Source: Macrostomum hystrix (Eukaryota > Animalia > Platyhelminthes). From it: a stretch of DNA of 64,000 nt. Shown here piece after piece: positions 51,623-63,588 of this stretch; the first letter of the stretch is position 1; each line of letters begins with the position of its first letter. Under the pieces are notes generated by a model, which worked only from the letters and a program-made list of their open reading frames with translations, searched no databases and was not told the DNA's origin. The stretch is taken from contig CATNEN010000039.1 in assembly GCA_950097015.1 (NCBI GenBank), positions 17,236,001 to 17,300,000 on the forward strand, in the 5' to 3' direction. The translations under genes were made by a program, and so were the position numbers.

Positions 51623-52547
51623 GTCTAGGTTAAGGTTGTGTTACGTTTGCTATATATTGTCAAGAGGACTAAAAATATCTTGGTTTTGATCCTATAAAAT
51701 GTTATTTTGAAATTGAAATGCGATCTAGCCATAGTAAATATGGATATGGGGAATGGAAAGTGACACCTATCTGGTGGGATAAAAGTTGTAAATGCCTCAG
51801 TTTATAACTATTGCTTGTGCTTGTTCTTTTATCACCTTTATTTTGGATGCAGCTGTTTTCGTTGTGTGTTAAATTTCACAGCTATGTTAGAGCGGATTAA
51901 TGGCTTTGAATCCCTGTGCGAAAGACAAATAATCCCAAAGCTAAACTTATTGAATATTGATATGGCTACAAAACCCAGCCTGATATGCTACTTGAATGAT
52001 TGCATGCACAAAGACAATCGTTTGGTTTCCATGACAGCAAAGAAAGTTTAATAAATATTGAAATATATATAGATAATATGAACAAGATACGTATCGAGAG
52101 AATAAATTGGTCACTTTAGAGGTTGCCTATTAAACGTACCTGAAATAAAAGCTTCTCAGAAAACATGTTTATTTATTTTTATTTTTGAAGATACTACTAC
52201 TGGCTGATAAGTAGTTTGCGCTCTTCGCTCACTATATCTTAGCGATATAATTTATTCGTTTAATTTTTGCAGTAGATTATAAGTTTATAAAAGTTAGTCA
52301 AACCGAATAAAGCTTTGTTACCAGAATAAAGTTATTGATTAGAATTGGGTTAATGCTGCGGCTGCACATCTGACCTAATTGAACAGGTGTAGTTAGTTAG
52401 CAGAATTTATCTGGGTACAACTATGTATTTCTAGAGCTATATTTCTTTGAATCGAATCTGTAAAGCTTGTTTAGAGGATTTGAAATTTGATCGCGAACTC
52501 GCGTCAGCGAAAGTGCTTATAGACCTATAAAAGTCGAAAGCTGAGCC

Positions 52548-53531
52548 TTAGCAGCCAATGAACGCCGCCTCGACAACCCGGATGTCGATGGCATTCTCAG
52601 AAACCAAAAAGCAGCGAACGCTGCCGAAGAGCCTTGAACCAGAGCTGGCCGCGCCGAGAGAAGCGCACAACGGCGCCGAGGGTATGTCAGAGGCCGACAA
52701 GTTAAACTGCGTCAGAACACTGGCGCGTTGGCCATTGCGCCACAGAGTGACATTTCCAGTAGCGGCGTTGAAGATGAAGCCCAGTGTGACGTAGTCAGAT
52801 TCGCTATTAAACGGAACGCTATCAGTCCAAATGTTGGCACTAGTGCCGCCAGCCGACGCAACCTTAACAGCCAGACGATTCTCGGACGTTTCAAAAACGG
52901 AGACAACCGAATTATTGAAGGACGAGCAGCTGTGCAGGCTGAAGTATGCAGCCGGTCCGCCGTTTCCATAGCGACGCACACGCATGAACAGAGACGCGCT
53001 GTTCGAGGTGAAGTTCTCCCAGATTGCAAACGGAGTGCCAGCAATGGCTGACAGGTAAGCAAAGTCTGCCACACCACCTCTCATGACCAGACCTTCGGCA
53101 GGACTCAAACTGCTATTCCCAGAGAGTGCAAAGCTGCCAATTAAACCGTCAGACAGAAGGAGTCGAATGCCTAGACGAAAGTCCCACAAGCCAGTGATCT
53201 TGGAGTCGTGCATCTCGGCGCGGTACAGGGCAACGCACGCGTCAGAAACGGCCCACTGACCAACTACTTGAGTAATTCTGGCCATGGCACAGGACGAGAG
53301 CCCGGAGTCCGTGTTGAACACTGAACAGTTTCCACTGAGCAGACAGGCCAACGCGCACTCGGAAGCGCTGGAAGTCTGATTAGAGGGACTGCTGAACTGG
53401 TCAGCCGAAGTTGGACACCGATTGATCTTGAAGTAAGCGGCGGAGCCCCACAAACTGACAGAGCTCGGTTGAGCCAGGGTTAAGCTGCTCGCGACAGACA
53501 CCAGAATAAACAGGGCCAGCAGAGAATGCAT
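52548..53531 (-). CDS. Secreted protein: signal peptide + PAN/apple domain + concanavalin A-like/LamG-like domain (327 aa, single exon)
   Basis: Hydrophobic N-terminus MHSLLALFILVSVASSLTLA; PAN motif SASECALACLLSGNCSVFN...C; ConA/LamG-type motifs GLWDF, VTLGFIFN...VTLWRNGQ, SLGA...LFGSVRCFLV. Confidence 0.8.
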   Translation of the reverse strand: MHSLLALFILVSVASSLTLAQPSSVSLWGSAAYFKINRCPTSADQFSSPSNQTSSASECALACLLSGNCSVFNTDSGLSSCAMARITQVVGQWAVSDACVALYRAEMHDSKITGLWDFRLGIRLLLSDGLIGSFALSGNSSLSPAEGLVMRGGVADFAYLSAIAGTPFAIWENFTSNSASLFMRVRRYGNGGPAAYFSLHSCSSFNNSVVSVFETSENRLAVKVASAGGTSANIWTDSVPFNSESDYVTLGFIFNAATGNVTLWRNGQRASVLTQFNLSASDIPSAPLCASLGAASSGSRLFGSVRCFLVSENAIDIRVVEAAFIGC

Positions 53532-53580
53532 GATTGAAACACTAGAGTAGCTCTAAAATTGGTGCTCTCTGCATGAGTAT

Positions 53581-53590
53581 CTTTATTATA
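53581..53590 (-). promoter_or_regulatory. TATA-like element TATAATAAAG ~50 bp upstream of the PAN-LamG ATG
   Basis: Sequence and position only. Confidence 0.3.
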
Positions 53591-53962
53591 GGTTCCTTTA
53601 ACAATAGAAACATATATTGTGAGCGATAATCCAGTTGACATGGCAACCAGTCCAGGTATGAAACTCGGCTACCAAACATTAATTACACTGATTGTGACGC
53701 GGCCGGCCAACCTACTAGTAATAATTTAATTTCCGTTCTTGCTTTCGACGTTAACAAAACAGATTGTACGAGTACCTTGATGAGCACTTCAGTAATCTAC
53801 TTGTCATCTATGCGTATAATCCGTATGAGTATAATATAATCCAGTTAAAAAAACTATTCTTTCGTTTGTCTGTTTGTCTGACACTTAACTCTCCATTGTT
53901 TTACTTCACCCAGCTATTCGATGGTGTTATATCTGCATTAGCATTTAATTAGTAATTAAATA

Positions 53963-54475
<513 letters not shown>

Positions 54476-54962
54476 TTATTTGATCGCTATAAAGCCCAAG
54501 CTCAAAATAAGAAAAAACATGATTATTATCTTATGTTACACTGTACTAGCACCAATATATAGTTTAGAAGCGTTGATCTGACAAAATCAATCGTCAAGAC
54601 TCAAGAAAGTGTGTTACACTGCCGTCAGTTTAAAACAAAAATAGCAGACTTTTATAGTTAGTCGCATTTAAATAAGTCACTACAACTGTGTACATTCACG
54701 ACAGGATTTGTTCGAATAACTAGACGATCACAGTAAAAATGGTGCCAACAAAACAGCACTGATTGATTTGTCATGGAAAAAGTGTGGCAATTAGAGGAAA
54801 CAGAGTTACTACAATATTTGCATCTTGTCCTCTCACACCAGCGTTTCCTCACTATATCTTTCGCAATATCTGATGAAACAACTTACTTGAAGATCACAAA
54901 ACATCCATCGGTATTGACGAGATATTCAACAATTCTCGTCGGGGTATCTAGTGGCCATATGG

Positions 54963-55040
54963 TGTACTTCCACGAACATCGGTCATTCAGTTTGGGAGCT
55001 ATCGATAAGTAGGCAGTGGGCATTTGGTCAGTGGTCTTTC
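54963..55040 (+). mobile_element. Short dispersed repeat (family 2), copy 3
   Basis: TTCCACGAACATCGGTCATTCAGTTTGG...AAGTAGGCAGTGGGCATTT. Confidence 0.55.
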
Positions 55041-55169
55041 TACTAGAAGGCTGAATAGAAGGCTGAGTATATCTGTAGTGTGGCTGTACACTGACTGACA
55101 ATGAGAAAGTCTGGGCTGACGTACATACCCCCGACCCGAGTCCGTGTCAGCACTCAGCGATCAGTGAAA

Positions 55170-55345
55170 TAATAACATAGTAGTAATTGCACGAAGGCTG
55201 GGGGCAATGGCACTAGACCCGCAGCCAGCGAGGAGGCAATTCTGTCCATTTCGCTGACTCCTGAGCACACACGCACACAGATACTGTACGCAGGCATACG
55301 CTCACACACGTGTGTACATCTGCCCTGACTTTCTCATCGACCTGA
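55170..55345 (-). mobile_element. 5'-truncated SINE with tail and approximate TSD (CTCA[G/A]CGATCAGTG at ~55153 and ~55350); small opposite-strand fragment at ~55087-55130
   Basis: GCACGAAGGCTGGGGGCAATGGCAC...CTGCCCTGACTTTCTCATCG matches 57943-58108. Confidence 0.85.
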
Positions 55346-55429
55346 CTTTCTCAACGATCAGTGGAAATGGAATAGACAGGATGGCCTCAGGACGATTATA
55401 AAATGCCAAAAAAACTGTTTCGTTGCTAA

Positions 55430-57639
55430 TCAAGCTCGGGCCTCAGCAAGCCGCGCTCTAGCAAAGGCCAATGCCTCCTGGCCCAGCTGACCGGCTTCCA
55501 GCAGCTCAACTGGCGTGTTGCCGCGCTGGTCGCGCACAGCAAGGCAGGCGGGCGGCAGCTCCGCGGCCAGCCAGTGGAATGCGGAGCTGCCATCCTTGGT
55601 GTTGGTGGCAGCTAAGTGCAGGGCGGTGCGCCCCCCACTGCCAGGCAGGATGAAGCCCTCGTTGGAGCCGCCAAGCCGCAGCTGAATGTAGCGAAGCCAC
55701 TGGGCTGTCTGGTATTCGGCAGCGCAGTGTACAGGCGAGTTGCCAAGCTCGTCCTGCCTGAGCAAGCATCGCTTTCGAGCTTCATCGTCGACCAGTTGTT
55801 CGACTAGCCAGATGAAGGCGGCGTTGCTCTCGGTGTTCATAGCCGCGTGGTGCAGCAGAGTCCGACCGCAGCAGCCAGTCAGGCTGACGAGGTTGAAGCC
55901 AGAGTTCTCCTTCGCACTCAGCGCGGCAGCGGCCAGCACCAGAGAGTCAACTCCGCGCTGAAACTCTGCGGCCAGATGCAGCGGAGTGTTGCCGTCAGCG
56001 TCTCCAGTGATGAGGCACTGTGGCCCGAGTCGATTAACTAGCCAGGCGAGGCCACTGGCACCAACTGGGTTTCTGGCAGCACCGTGAGCCAATGAGCTAC
56101 CGAGACCGCCAACACAGATTAGCATCTTGTCACGGTTCTCAGGACTGTGGCTCTGTGATCTGAATAGCAATTGCAAACTGGCACTGGCATCCGGATGGCA
56201 ATACACGGCCAGGTGTAGCGGTGTGTTACCGTCGGCGTCTCTATCCGTGAGACAGTCCCGGCCAAGCTTGGAAGCGAGCCAGACCAGAGCTGGACCTCCG
56301 TCGTGAACATTTCTACCGGCACAATGAGCCAGCGAGCTGTGAAACTGGCCTCTAAGTTGCAGCAGCCTATCAAGACTGTCTTTTTCTTTGACTTTTTCAC
56401 TGACAACTTGCAACACTTCAACAGGTCGACGACTGGACCACATAGCCAGATGCAAAGGCGTGTTACCATCATCGTCCGGCTCACAGAGGCAATCCACCAC
56501 GGCGTCGATGTTACTAAGCAGCCAAATAAGCGGCAAGTCAGACGCTGCAGAGTTTGACGCAGCCCAATGAGCGGATGTTCTGCCGCGATGGCCACGCTTC
56601 AGAAACGCTGACAAACAATTCTGACCACCGCTTGACAGCCTGTTGAGCATCAGCTGCAACCAGTCGTTAGCATTCGGCTGACACCACGCAGCTAGATGCA
56701 CGGCTGTGTTGCCTTCACTGTCCTCCTCGGTGATGCAGTTAAGAGCTCCCAGCTGGTTCATCAGCCAGACAAAGCACGCGCAGCTAGCCTTATTGCAGGC
56801 AGCCCAGAGCACCGCGCTGCGACCATACTTACCACCGCGGGACACCAGTTGGGAGATGACATCGCCGCCTGCTTGCTGCACCAGGTAAGCCAGGTATTCA
56901 GGACTAGCCTGCTTAGAGGCAGCCACAGCCAAGAAGAATTGCCATCGCAGTCGGGCTCGCTCAAACAGCCGGGTCCCAGTTCGCTGACCAGCCAGCAGAG
57001 GGCCGACATGTCGTCCACATTGCGCACGGCGCTGTGCACCGGGCCGGCGCCCCACTGGCCTGGAGTGCGAAGCCACGCAGCGGCAACAGCAGCATCAGCA
57101 GAAGCCACGACCGTCTTTTTCATCAGTTGCAACGAATCGCCACTCTGAAAATTGGCCGCTATGTGAACCGGCGTGTCTCCGGAGAAGTCTTTGTCCAAAA
57201 GACAGCCGGGGCCCAGCTCAGCAAGCAGCCACGCCAGGGTGGCGGCCTGCCCCGGGCGGGCAGCTGCCCAGTGGATGACGCGGCGGCCGCACTGGCCGCG
57301 CTCAGCGAAGCAACGCGGTGCCAATCCTCTGGATTTGACAAGCTGCAGAGCTTTCGGTGGCTGATTGTACGCGGCCAGGTGTACAAGTGTGTTGCCGCAG
57401 CTGTCGCGAATGCTGAAGGCCGAATCGCCGAAGACTCGTTCGACAAGAGCTCGCAAAGCTTGGAAACCATCGGGATCGCTAGCAGCAGCCAGCAGTACTC
57501 CAGCTGCGGTGCCGCTACCCTCTTGGCTGCCGATTTGAGCAATGACGGAATCAATCTCGGAGACTGATGCGGCATCGCCACTAATAAGTCGCTTGAAACG
57601 CAAGTACAAGCTCTTTGGAGTTAACTCATCGCCCGACAT
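55430..57639 (-). CDS. Intronless ankyrin-repeat protein (~736 aa) interrupted by a single frameshift at ~56935
   Basis: ORFs 56761-57639 and 55430-57076 both carry ANK motifs (DxxGNTPLHLAA; GxxGRTxxHxAA). They join at DCDGNS/FLAVAASKQ if one base is restored. Confidence 0.85.
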
Positions 57640-57929
57640 TGACGTCTATGTTTAGATCTTGGTTGAGCTTAATTCCGCTGAAATCAACGATTGACGCACG
57701 AGAATAAAACTCGTATTAACGTGCATGCTACTTAAAGTAGAACACTGTAAATAAAATTTTGTTCTAGGCTTCATTGTGTTCCACTGCCTGGAAGACAAAA
57801 ATCTAAGCAACTTGAAATCTGGGATTTTATCTGTCGAGTCAAGTTTCGATCCGAAGGCGGTGAACAGCTGTTCAGTATGTGGACTGGGCAACCGTCACAC
57901 CCACCGTATTTCTAAGTAACGGGCCTATA

Positions 57930-58291
57930 AGAAAAATATTTTGCACGAAGGCTGGGGGCAATGGCACATCATTTGGTAACACTAGACCCGCAGCCAGCGA
58001 GGAGGCACTTCTGCACATTCCGCTGACTCCTGAGCACATACACACACAGATACCGTACGCTGGCATTCGCTCACACAGGTGTGTACATCTGCCCTGACTT
58101 TCTCATCGTCAGACAGTGTGCATTTTCACTGTGCCTTGGAGGTTGGCCCTCAAGGGCGTAAATTGCACGACAAGCCCCCAAGCCTTCTCTCCGCGGCTGC
58201 GCCCCAAATGAATGTGGCCTCGCCACAGAATCGAGCTCAGTGACCATCGCGCGAGAGGCAGACGCGTTAGACTGCTCGGCCACTCACCCCC
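57930..58291 (-). mobile_element. Full-length tRNA-derived SINE (~350 bp)
   Basis: The minus strand begins GGGGTGAGTGGCCGAGCAGTCTAACGCG (tRNA-Leu/Ser-like D arm, A box) ... GAGCTCGATTC (B-box-like), then a unique body, ending CCTTCGTGCAA plus an AT-rich tail; 6 other copies in the window. Confidence 0.9.
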
Positions 58292-58945
58292 CACCGGACC
58301 TATTACTGGTAACCACTTTACAATTTCGAATACGGAGATCATTGTACGCTCGCATATCTAAAAGTCTTGCTTAAGAACCCCGTTTCTTTGCCAAGATTCA
58401 CCTCGGCACTTGGTAAAAAGGATCGGGAGATATAGTAAATTATTTTATAAATGAACGAGAGTTGAAGACAACTCCAGAATTAAGTCGAGTTTATTAATTT
58501 ATTAGCGCGGCACAATAAGAAAGCTTAGAATTGTTAACCCGATTAAAAAAAGCCAAATAGGGTTTAAGCAGACTAGATGGTGAAATCTCAATTAGTTGAA
58601 AAGAAGCCTGAGGTAAAAACTGATTGCACAAATATTTTCTAAACTGGTTATGAATGTACGCAAAATGCACATTAGCAAAATCATTGCATAGATATTGAAC
58701 ACTAATTAAGGGCAAGAACTAAAAACTGAGTATATGCACAAGAAATTACTAAGCACATGAAGGTAAAATTAATTTACAACTGGAAAAAATATAACTCGGT
58801 AAAAGACAATACTTTAGTTCATAATATGAAAAATCATATGTAGTCAAATTTGAATGACAATTAATAAATAACAAACAATTAAATTAAAATGAATATCAAG
58901 CCTTCTAAATTTTCATGCATGACAAGCCATCGTCAATTAATAAAA

Positions 58946-59410
58946 CTGACAATCCATCAGATTCAAAGAATGACAATCCATCAGATTAAAAAAATGAGAA
59001 TCCATCAGATTCTAAGAATGACAATCTATCAGATTCTAAGAATGACAATCCATCAGATTCTAAGAATGACAATCCATCAGATTCTAAGAATGACAATCCA
59101 TCAGATTCTAAGAATGACAATCCATCAGATTTTAAGAATGACAATCCATCAGATTCTAAGAATGACAATCCATCAGATTCTAAGAATGACAATCCATCAG
59201 ATTCTAAGAATGACAATCCATCAGATTCTAAGAGTGACAATCCATCAGATTTTAAGAATAACAATTTATCAGATTCTAAGAATGACAATCCATCAGATTC
59301 TAAGAATGACAATCCATCAGATTCTAAGAATAACAATCCATCAGATTCTAAGAATGACAATCCATCAGATTCTAAACAACGAAAATCCATCAAGCTGTAA
59401 ACAAAGACAA
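58946..59410. repeat. Minisatellite, 24-bp unit GAATGACAATCCATCAGATTCTAA, ~19 copies, directly after the LRR gene stop codon
   Basis: Tandem periodicity. Confidence 0.95.
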
Positions 59411-59426
59411 TCCATCAAGTTCACCC

Positions 59427-61632
59427 TCAGGACTCGGCGGGCGCAGTGGCCAGCTCAGGAAGGTAAATAGCAAACCTGTCGTTGCAGGCCGTATCGTAGC
59501 CCGCAGCGCAGGGATTGGCTAGCAGCAGCAGGTGGCAGGCCCAGCTGCAGGCCATAGACAATTCGAAGGTGGCCATCCTGTCCAGCTCCGAGTAGCAGAC
59601 AATGGGAAATGCGAAAGTAAAGATAGGCGACTGGCACGCCAGGCAGAGAGCGGTGGGACAGCCGACCAACTCCTGCAGTCGGCGAGGCAGGCGGCTGTTG
59701 ATATAGGTGGACTGGATTCCCACAGACCGGTTGATGAAATGACAATGAATAGAACGAATAGGCTGGGAATACGGCTCTCAGCGTTGCCAACTGAAACAAT
59801 CTCGCCAGGTAGGACTAGCCAAGCCGGCTCATCAGACCAGGGATTAACCACTCGTAGGCAGCAGTGATTGGCCAGGGCGTGATCCGCTGGAGCCAGCTTG
59901 CCACAGCGGTACATATAAGACTGGAACGGAGGCGATCTGTCCCAGCGTTTGAGCAGGCTGCCCGGAATGTAAGACAGACGCGCATTGCTGTCAGCAAACA
60001 GATTCTGTAAACTGGTCATTGAACCTAGGCCTGGATGGATGGGCAGTGCAGGAAAAGGCAGGGTAAAATGTACAGTTGCCACGTCTAGAACAAATTTCTG
60101 AGAATCTCATGCGAGATGGAGAGTCAGGGTCTCAGAATCTCATGGGAGATGGAGAGTCAGGGTCTCAGAATCTCATGCGAGATAGAGAGTCAGGGTCTCA
60201 GAATCTCATGGGAGATTGAGAGTCAGGGTCTCAGAATCTCATGGCAGATGGAGAGTCAGGGTCTCAGAATCTCATGGGAGATAGAGAGTCAGGATTGATA
60301 ATCTCATGAGAGATAGAGAGTCAGGGTCTCAGAATCTCATGGGAGATAGAGAGTCAGGATTGATAATCTCATGAGAGATAGAGAGTCAGGGTCTCAGAAT
60401 CTCATGGGAGATAGAGAGTCAGGGTCTCAGAATCTCATGGGAGATAGAGAGTCAGGGTCTCAGAATCTCATGGGAGATAGAGAGTCAGGGTCTCAGAATC
60501 TCATGGGAGATCTACGATCATCGAACCTACACTGAGGCAAATACAGCAGCTCCAGTGACGATATGTACAGAGATTTGAGCTGATGAAGAAAGCACAGCTG
60601 CCTCGGCAGACTTTGAATTGGATTTGCGTCCAAGCTAAGGTAGGCCAAGGATTTCAAGTGGCAAATGCTGGCTGGCAACTCGCTGATGCTGTTGGAATAC
60701 AGCGCCAGAATCTCCAGCTCGGGCCACGCCATGGTCGGTATGTGCGGCAGGCTAGTCAAGCAGTTGTGACCCAGGTTCAGCTTCAGCAGGCGGCTCAGGC
60801 TAAACAGAACCGGTGGCAGCTCGGATAGACGATTGCCGCACAAGTTGAGCTCGGTCAGGTTGGTGAGCAGGCTTGCTGATTGGGGCACTGTGCTCAAAAT
60901 GTTGTTCGGCATGTGCAGCAGGCTGATGCAGTGCGGCTGCTGGGCGGAGGTGAGATCGCCCTGGATACGGCAGATTGGGGTGGGATAAGGAAGTGTACAT
61001 TAGGGCAGATTGGGGTGGGATAAGGAAGTGTACATTAGGGCAGATTGGGGTGGGATAAGGAAGTGTACTTTGGGGCATATTGGGGTGGGCAGTGTACATT
61101 GGGGCAGATTGGGGTGGGATAAGGCAGTGTACTTTGGGGCATATTGGGGTGGGCACTGTACATTGGGGCAGATTGGGGTGGGATAGGGCTGTGTACATCG
61201 GGGCAGATTGGGTTGGATAGGGCAGTGTACATTGTGGCAGATTGGGGTGAGATAGGGCAGTGTACATTGGGGCATATTGGGGTGGGCAGTGTACATTGGG
61301 GCAGATTGGGTTTGGATAGGGCAGTGTACGTTTCGGTAGATTCGGGTGGATTAGGCAGTGTACATTGAGATAGATTGGGGTGTGATTGGGCAGTGAACTT
61401 CACAGTTTAGGTAGTGGATAAGGAGTGAATGAGTGTACATTAGTTTGGAGTGTCCTGTAATCCTAAAGGTGCGCAGTGCACGCACCAAAGTTGCCATGTA
61501 GCAGCCCTTCAGGTATAGCCGTGCATCTCGGGCCAATCGTCCAGACTGGGTCAGCTCAGTAAGAAGCTGAGACAGATCCTCAATCCGCTCCTGGTTGAGA
61601 TGAAATGCTGGGCCCGGCTCCTCTAGGCTGGC
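59427..61632 (-). CDS. LRRC28: LRRC28-like leucine-rich repeat protein; exons 61632-61486, 60960-60531, 60030-59427 (apparent frameshift ~59750); start exon uncertain (candidate 62527-62516)
   Basis: LxxLxLxxNxLxxLP repeats; phases 0 and 1 are consistent. C-terminal IPSLF...LPRRLQELVGCPTALCLACQSPIFT..FP...CSWAC resembles the LRRC28 Cys-rich tail. Confidence 0.75.
60101..60510. repeat. Minisatellite, 33-bp unit AGAGTCAGGGTCTCAGAATCTCATGGGAGATAG, ~12 copies, filling an LRR-gene intron
   Basis: Tandem periodicity. Confidence 0.95.
60970..61400. repeat. Degenerate 29-35-bp minisatellite CAGATTGGGGTGGGATAAGGAAGTGTACATTAGGG, filling an LRR-gene intron
   Basis: Units at 60971, 61006 and 61041. Confidence 0.9.
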
Positions 61633-61719
61633 CTGGAAATTTACATTTCAATTCATTTTTCGGTTATTGATTGGGGTTTAGGGGGAATATGCCCAATAAC
61701 TAATGAAGAGCATCAAGCT

Positions 61720-62080
61720 AATGGGAAGAGGATGGGGGAAAAAGGGAGAGGATGGAGAGAAAGCGGAGAGGATGGGTATAAAGGGGAGAGGATGGAGAGA
61801 AAGGGGAGAGGATGGAGAGAAAGGGAAGAGGATGGAGAGAAAGCGGAGAGGATGAGTATAAAGGGGAGAGGATGGAGAGAAAGCGGAGAGGATGGAGAGA
61901 AAGGGAGAGGATGGAGAGAAATGGGAGAGGATGGAGAGAAAGCGGATAGGATGGATAGAAAGGGGAGAGGATGGATAGAAAGGGGAGAGGATGGAGAGAA
62001 GGGGAGAGGATGGAGAGAAGGGGAGAGGATGGAGAGAAATGGCAGAGGATGGAGAGAAAGCGGAGAGGATGGAGAGAGAG
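61720..62080. repeat. Polypurine ~20-21-bp repeat GAGAGGATGGAGAGAAAGSGG
   Basis: Direct reading. Confidence 0.9.
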
Positions 62081-62684
62081 TGGGTTTAGAAAGGAAAAAG
62101 GATAAAGAGAAAAGGCATAGGGATTAGCAAAGGTGGGAAGATGCAGGAGTTGAGTTATAGTGACGATTGACAGGGCAAGGAAAGCTAGCAAGGGAAGAGG
62201 ATTTGAAGCCAAAGCTGAGAGATGAAAAATGCGACCTGTCAACTGAAAGACAGGCGACACCAATATAAAATGAGAAAATTAACGAGTCACTGTTTCAGGG
62301 CATGAGAGTATGACGTCAGAAGATATACTCGAATAGCAGAATAAATGCGAAGCTATAAGACACGCTAGGTTTTTGGTCGTCTCCACGCTAGAAAATGGAA
62401 GACAGAAACACACACACAAACACACACATTATCCCCGCAAAAAATGGTTTCCTCTTTTGAGCGAGCAAAATACTCTGTCTCTCTCTCCCCCCTCAATTCC
62501 TGCTTCACTCGGCACCCAGAGACGCATGGCAACGCGAGTCTATAGCCTCCAGTCCAACGCGTTAACTGCGAATCCCAGTTGAGGAAAAATGTATGATTCC
62601 CCGAGGTAATAAGCTGGCTGCAGGCGAACACAGATATGGGACGTAGAGCGCCAAAAAATTTCACTGTTCTAGAATAGTACAGTA

Positions 62685-62872
62685 GGAAATGTAAAAATGG
62701 GGTGTTGGGTCAATAACAGAAGAGTGTACAATGGGGTGGTGGGTTAAAAAGTGGAAAGTGTACATTGGGGTGGTGGGTTTAGAACTGGCGAGTGTACATT
62801 GGGGTTTTGGTTTAGAAGGGGAAATGTACATAGGGGTGGTGGGTTTAGAACTGAAGAGTGTACATAAGGGGA
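62685..62872. repeat. Degenerate ~33-bp repeat (AGTGTACATTGGGGTGGTGGGTTTAGAA...), ~5 copies
   Basis: Direct reading. Confidence 0.75.
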
Positions 62873-63048
62873 ACAATTTTGACAAAGAAATATTTCCGTA
62901 GAAATTAAAAGTTAATTTTATATTTACGAATAAAGTTTATTTTCAAATCCATCACTTTTAAGCATGTTCATTAATATTAATGCCAGTCTAGATATTTCCT
63001 ATATAAAAAAGTTATATCGTCAACAATCCAGTTAAACAACGAATCTGC

Positions 63049-63588
63049 TCATAGAAATTTGACACCCTCATGACTGTCAAACATCATGATGACAGCTTGG
63101 CCATTTCGCTCCAGATGCTTCAGGGCCAATAGCAGGACGTCTTTGTCGAGGCCGTGAAACGGCTGGTCGATCGTATCGTCGCCGTCAGTGAGTTCGAACA
63201 GGGTGCAGACCGTATTAACAAGGCCGCGCTCTCTGGCATAGCCATAGACTAAAGCTGCCCATTGCTCGGTGGTTCGCCAGACAATCTTACAGCTGCGCCT
63301 GTCCTTGTCCAGCCATTCGAGATTGCCTCTCAGCTTCAAGTCGGCCAGAATGGCGTCTAGAAACGGGCGATTCAATCGGCGATTGATTCTGGGATTGTGA
63401 AACAGTGGACTAGACGCCAGGGCTTCATTAACATCCAGTGTGTGCAACTGTCTGTGCTTGCAGTAGGACAAAATGAGGCTGGACCATTGGTCTAATTGTT
63501 TTCGGCGAGTTTCCGCGTTCGGTTGCAGGGTGAAAAAAGGCGGAAATTCAAACACGGCTGGCCAAGGAAAATTATTGCCCGCTGACAT
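63049..63588 (-). CDS. VPS25: ESCRT-II subunit VPS25 (179 aa, single coding exon)
   Basis: FPWP..FEFPPFFTLQPNAETRRKQLDQWSSLILSYC...LFHN..INRRL...W....VCTLFELTDGDDT....FHGLD...GVKF. Confidence 0.96.
   Translation of the reverse strand: MSAGNNFPWPAVFEFPPFFTLQPNAETRRKQLDQWSSLILSYCKHRQLHTLDVNEALASSPLFHNPRINRRLNRPFLDAILADLKLRGNLEWLDKDRRSCKIVWRTTEQWAALVYGYARERGLVNTVCTLFELTDGDDTIDQPFHGLDKDVLLLALKHLERNGQAVIMMFDSHEGVKFL

Noticed and set aside
56925-56945. Programmed ribosomal frameshift in the ankyrin gene
   Set aside because: No slippery heptamer or shifty stop at the junction; an indel or assembly error is simpler.
58085-58120. CTGACGATGAGAAA in the SINE as a hammerhead ribozyme core (cf. schistosome SINE-like hammerheads)
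   Set aside because: There is no stem II between the CUGANGA-like segment and GAAA; CTGAC pairs directly with GTCAG as a simple hairpin.
58215-58291. Functional tRNA gene
   Set aside because: Only the A/B-box-like head resembles tRNA. There is no intact cloverleaf or T-run terminator, and it continues into a repeated SINE body.
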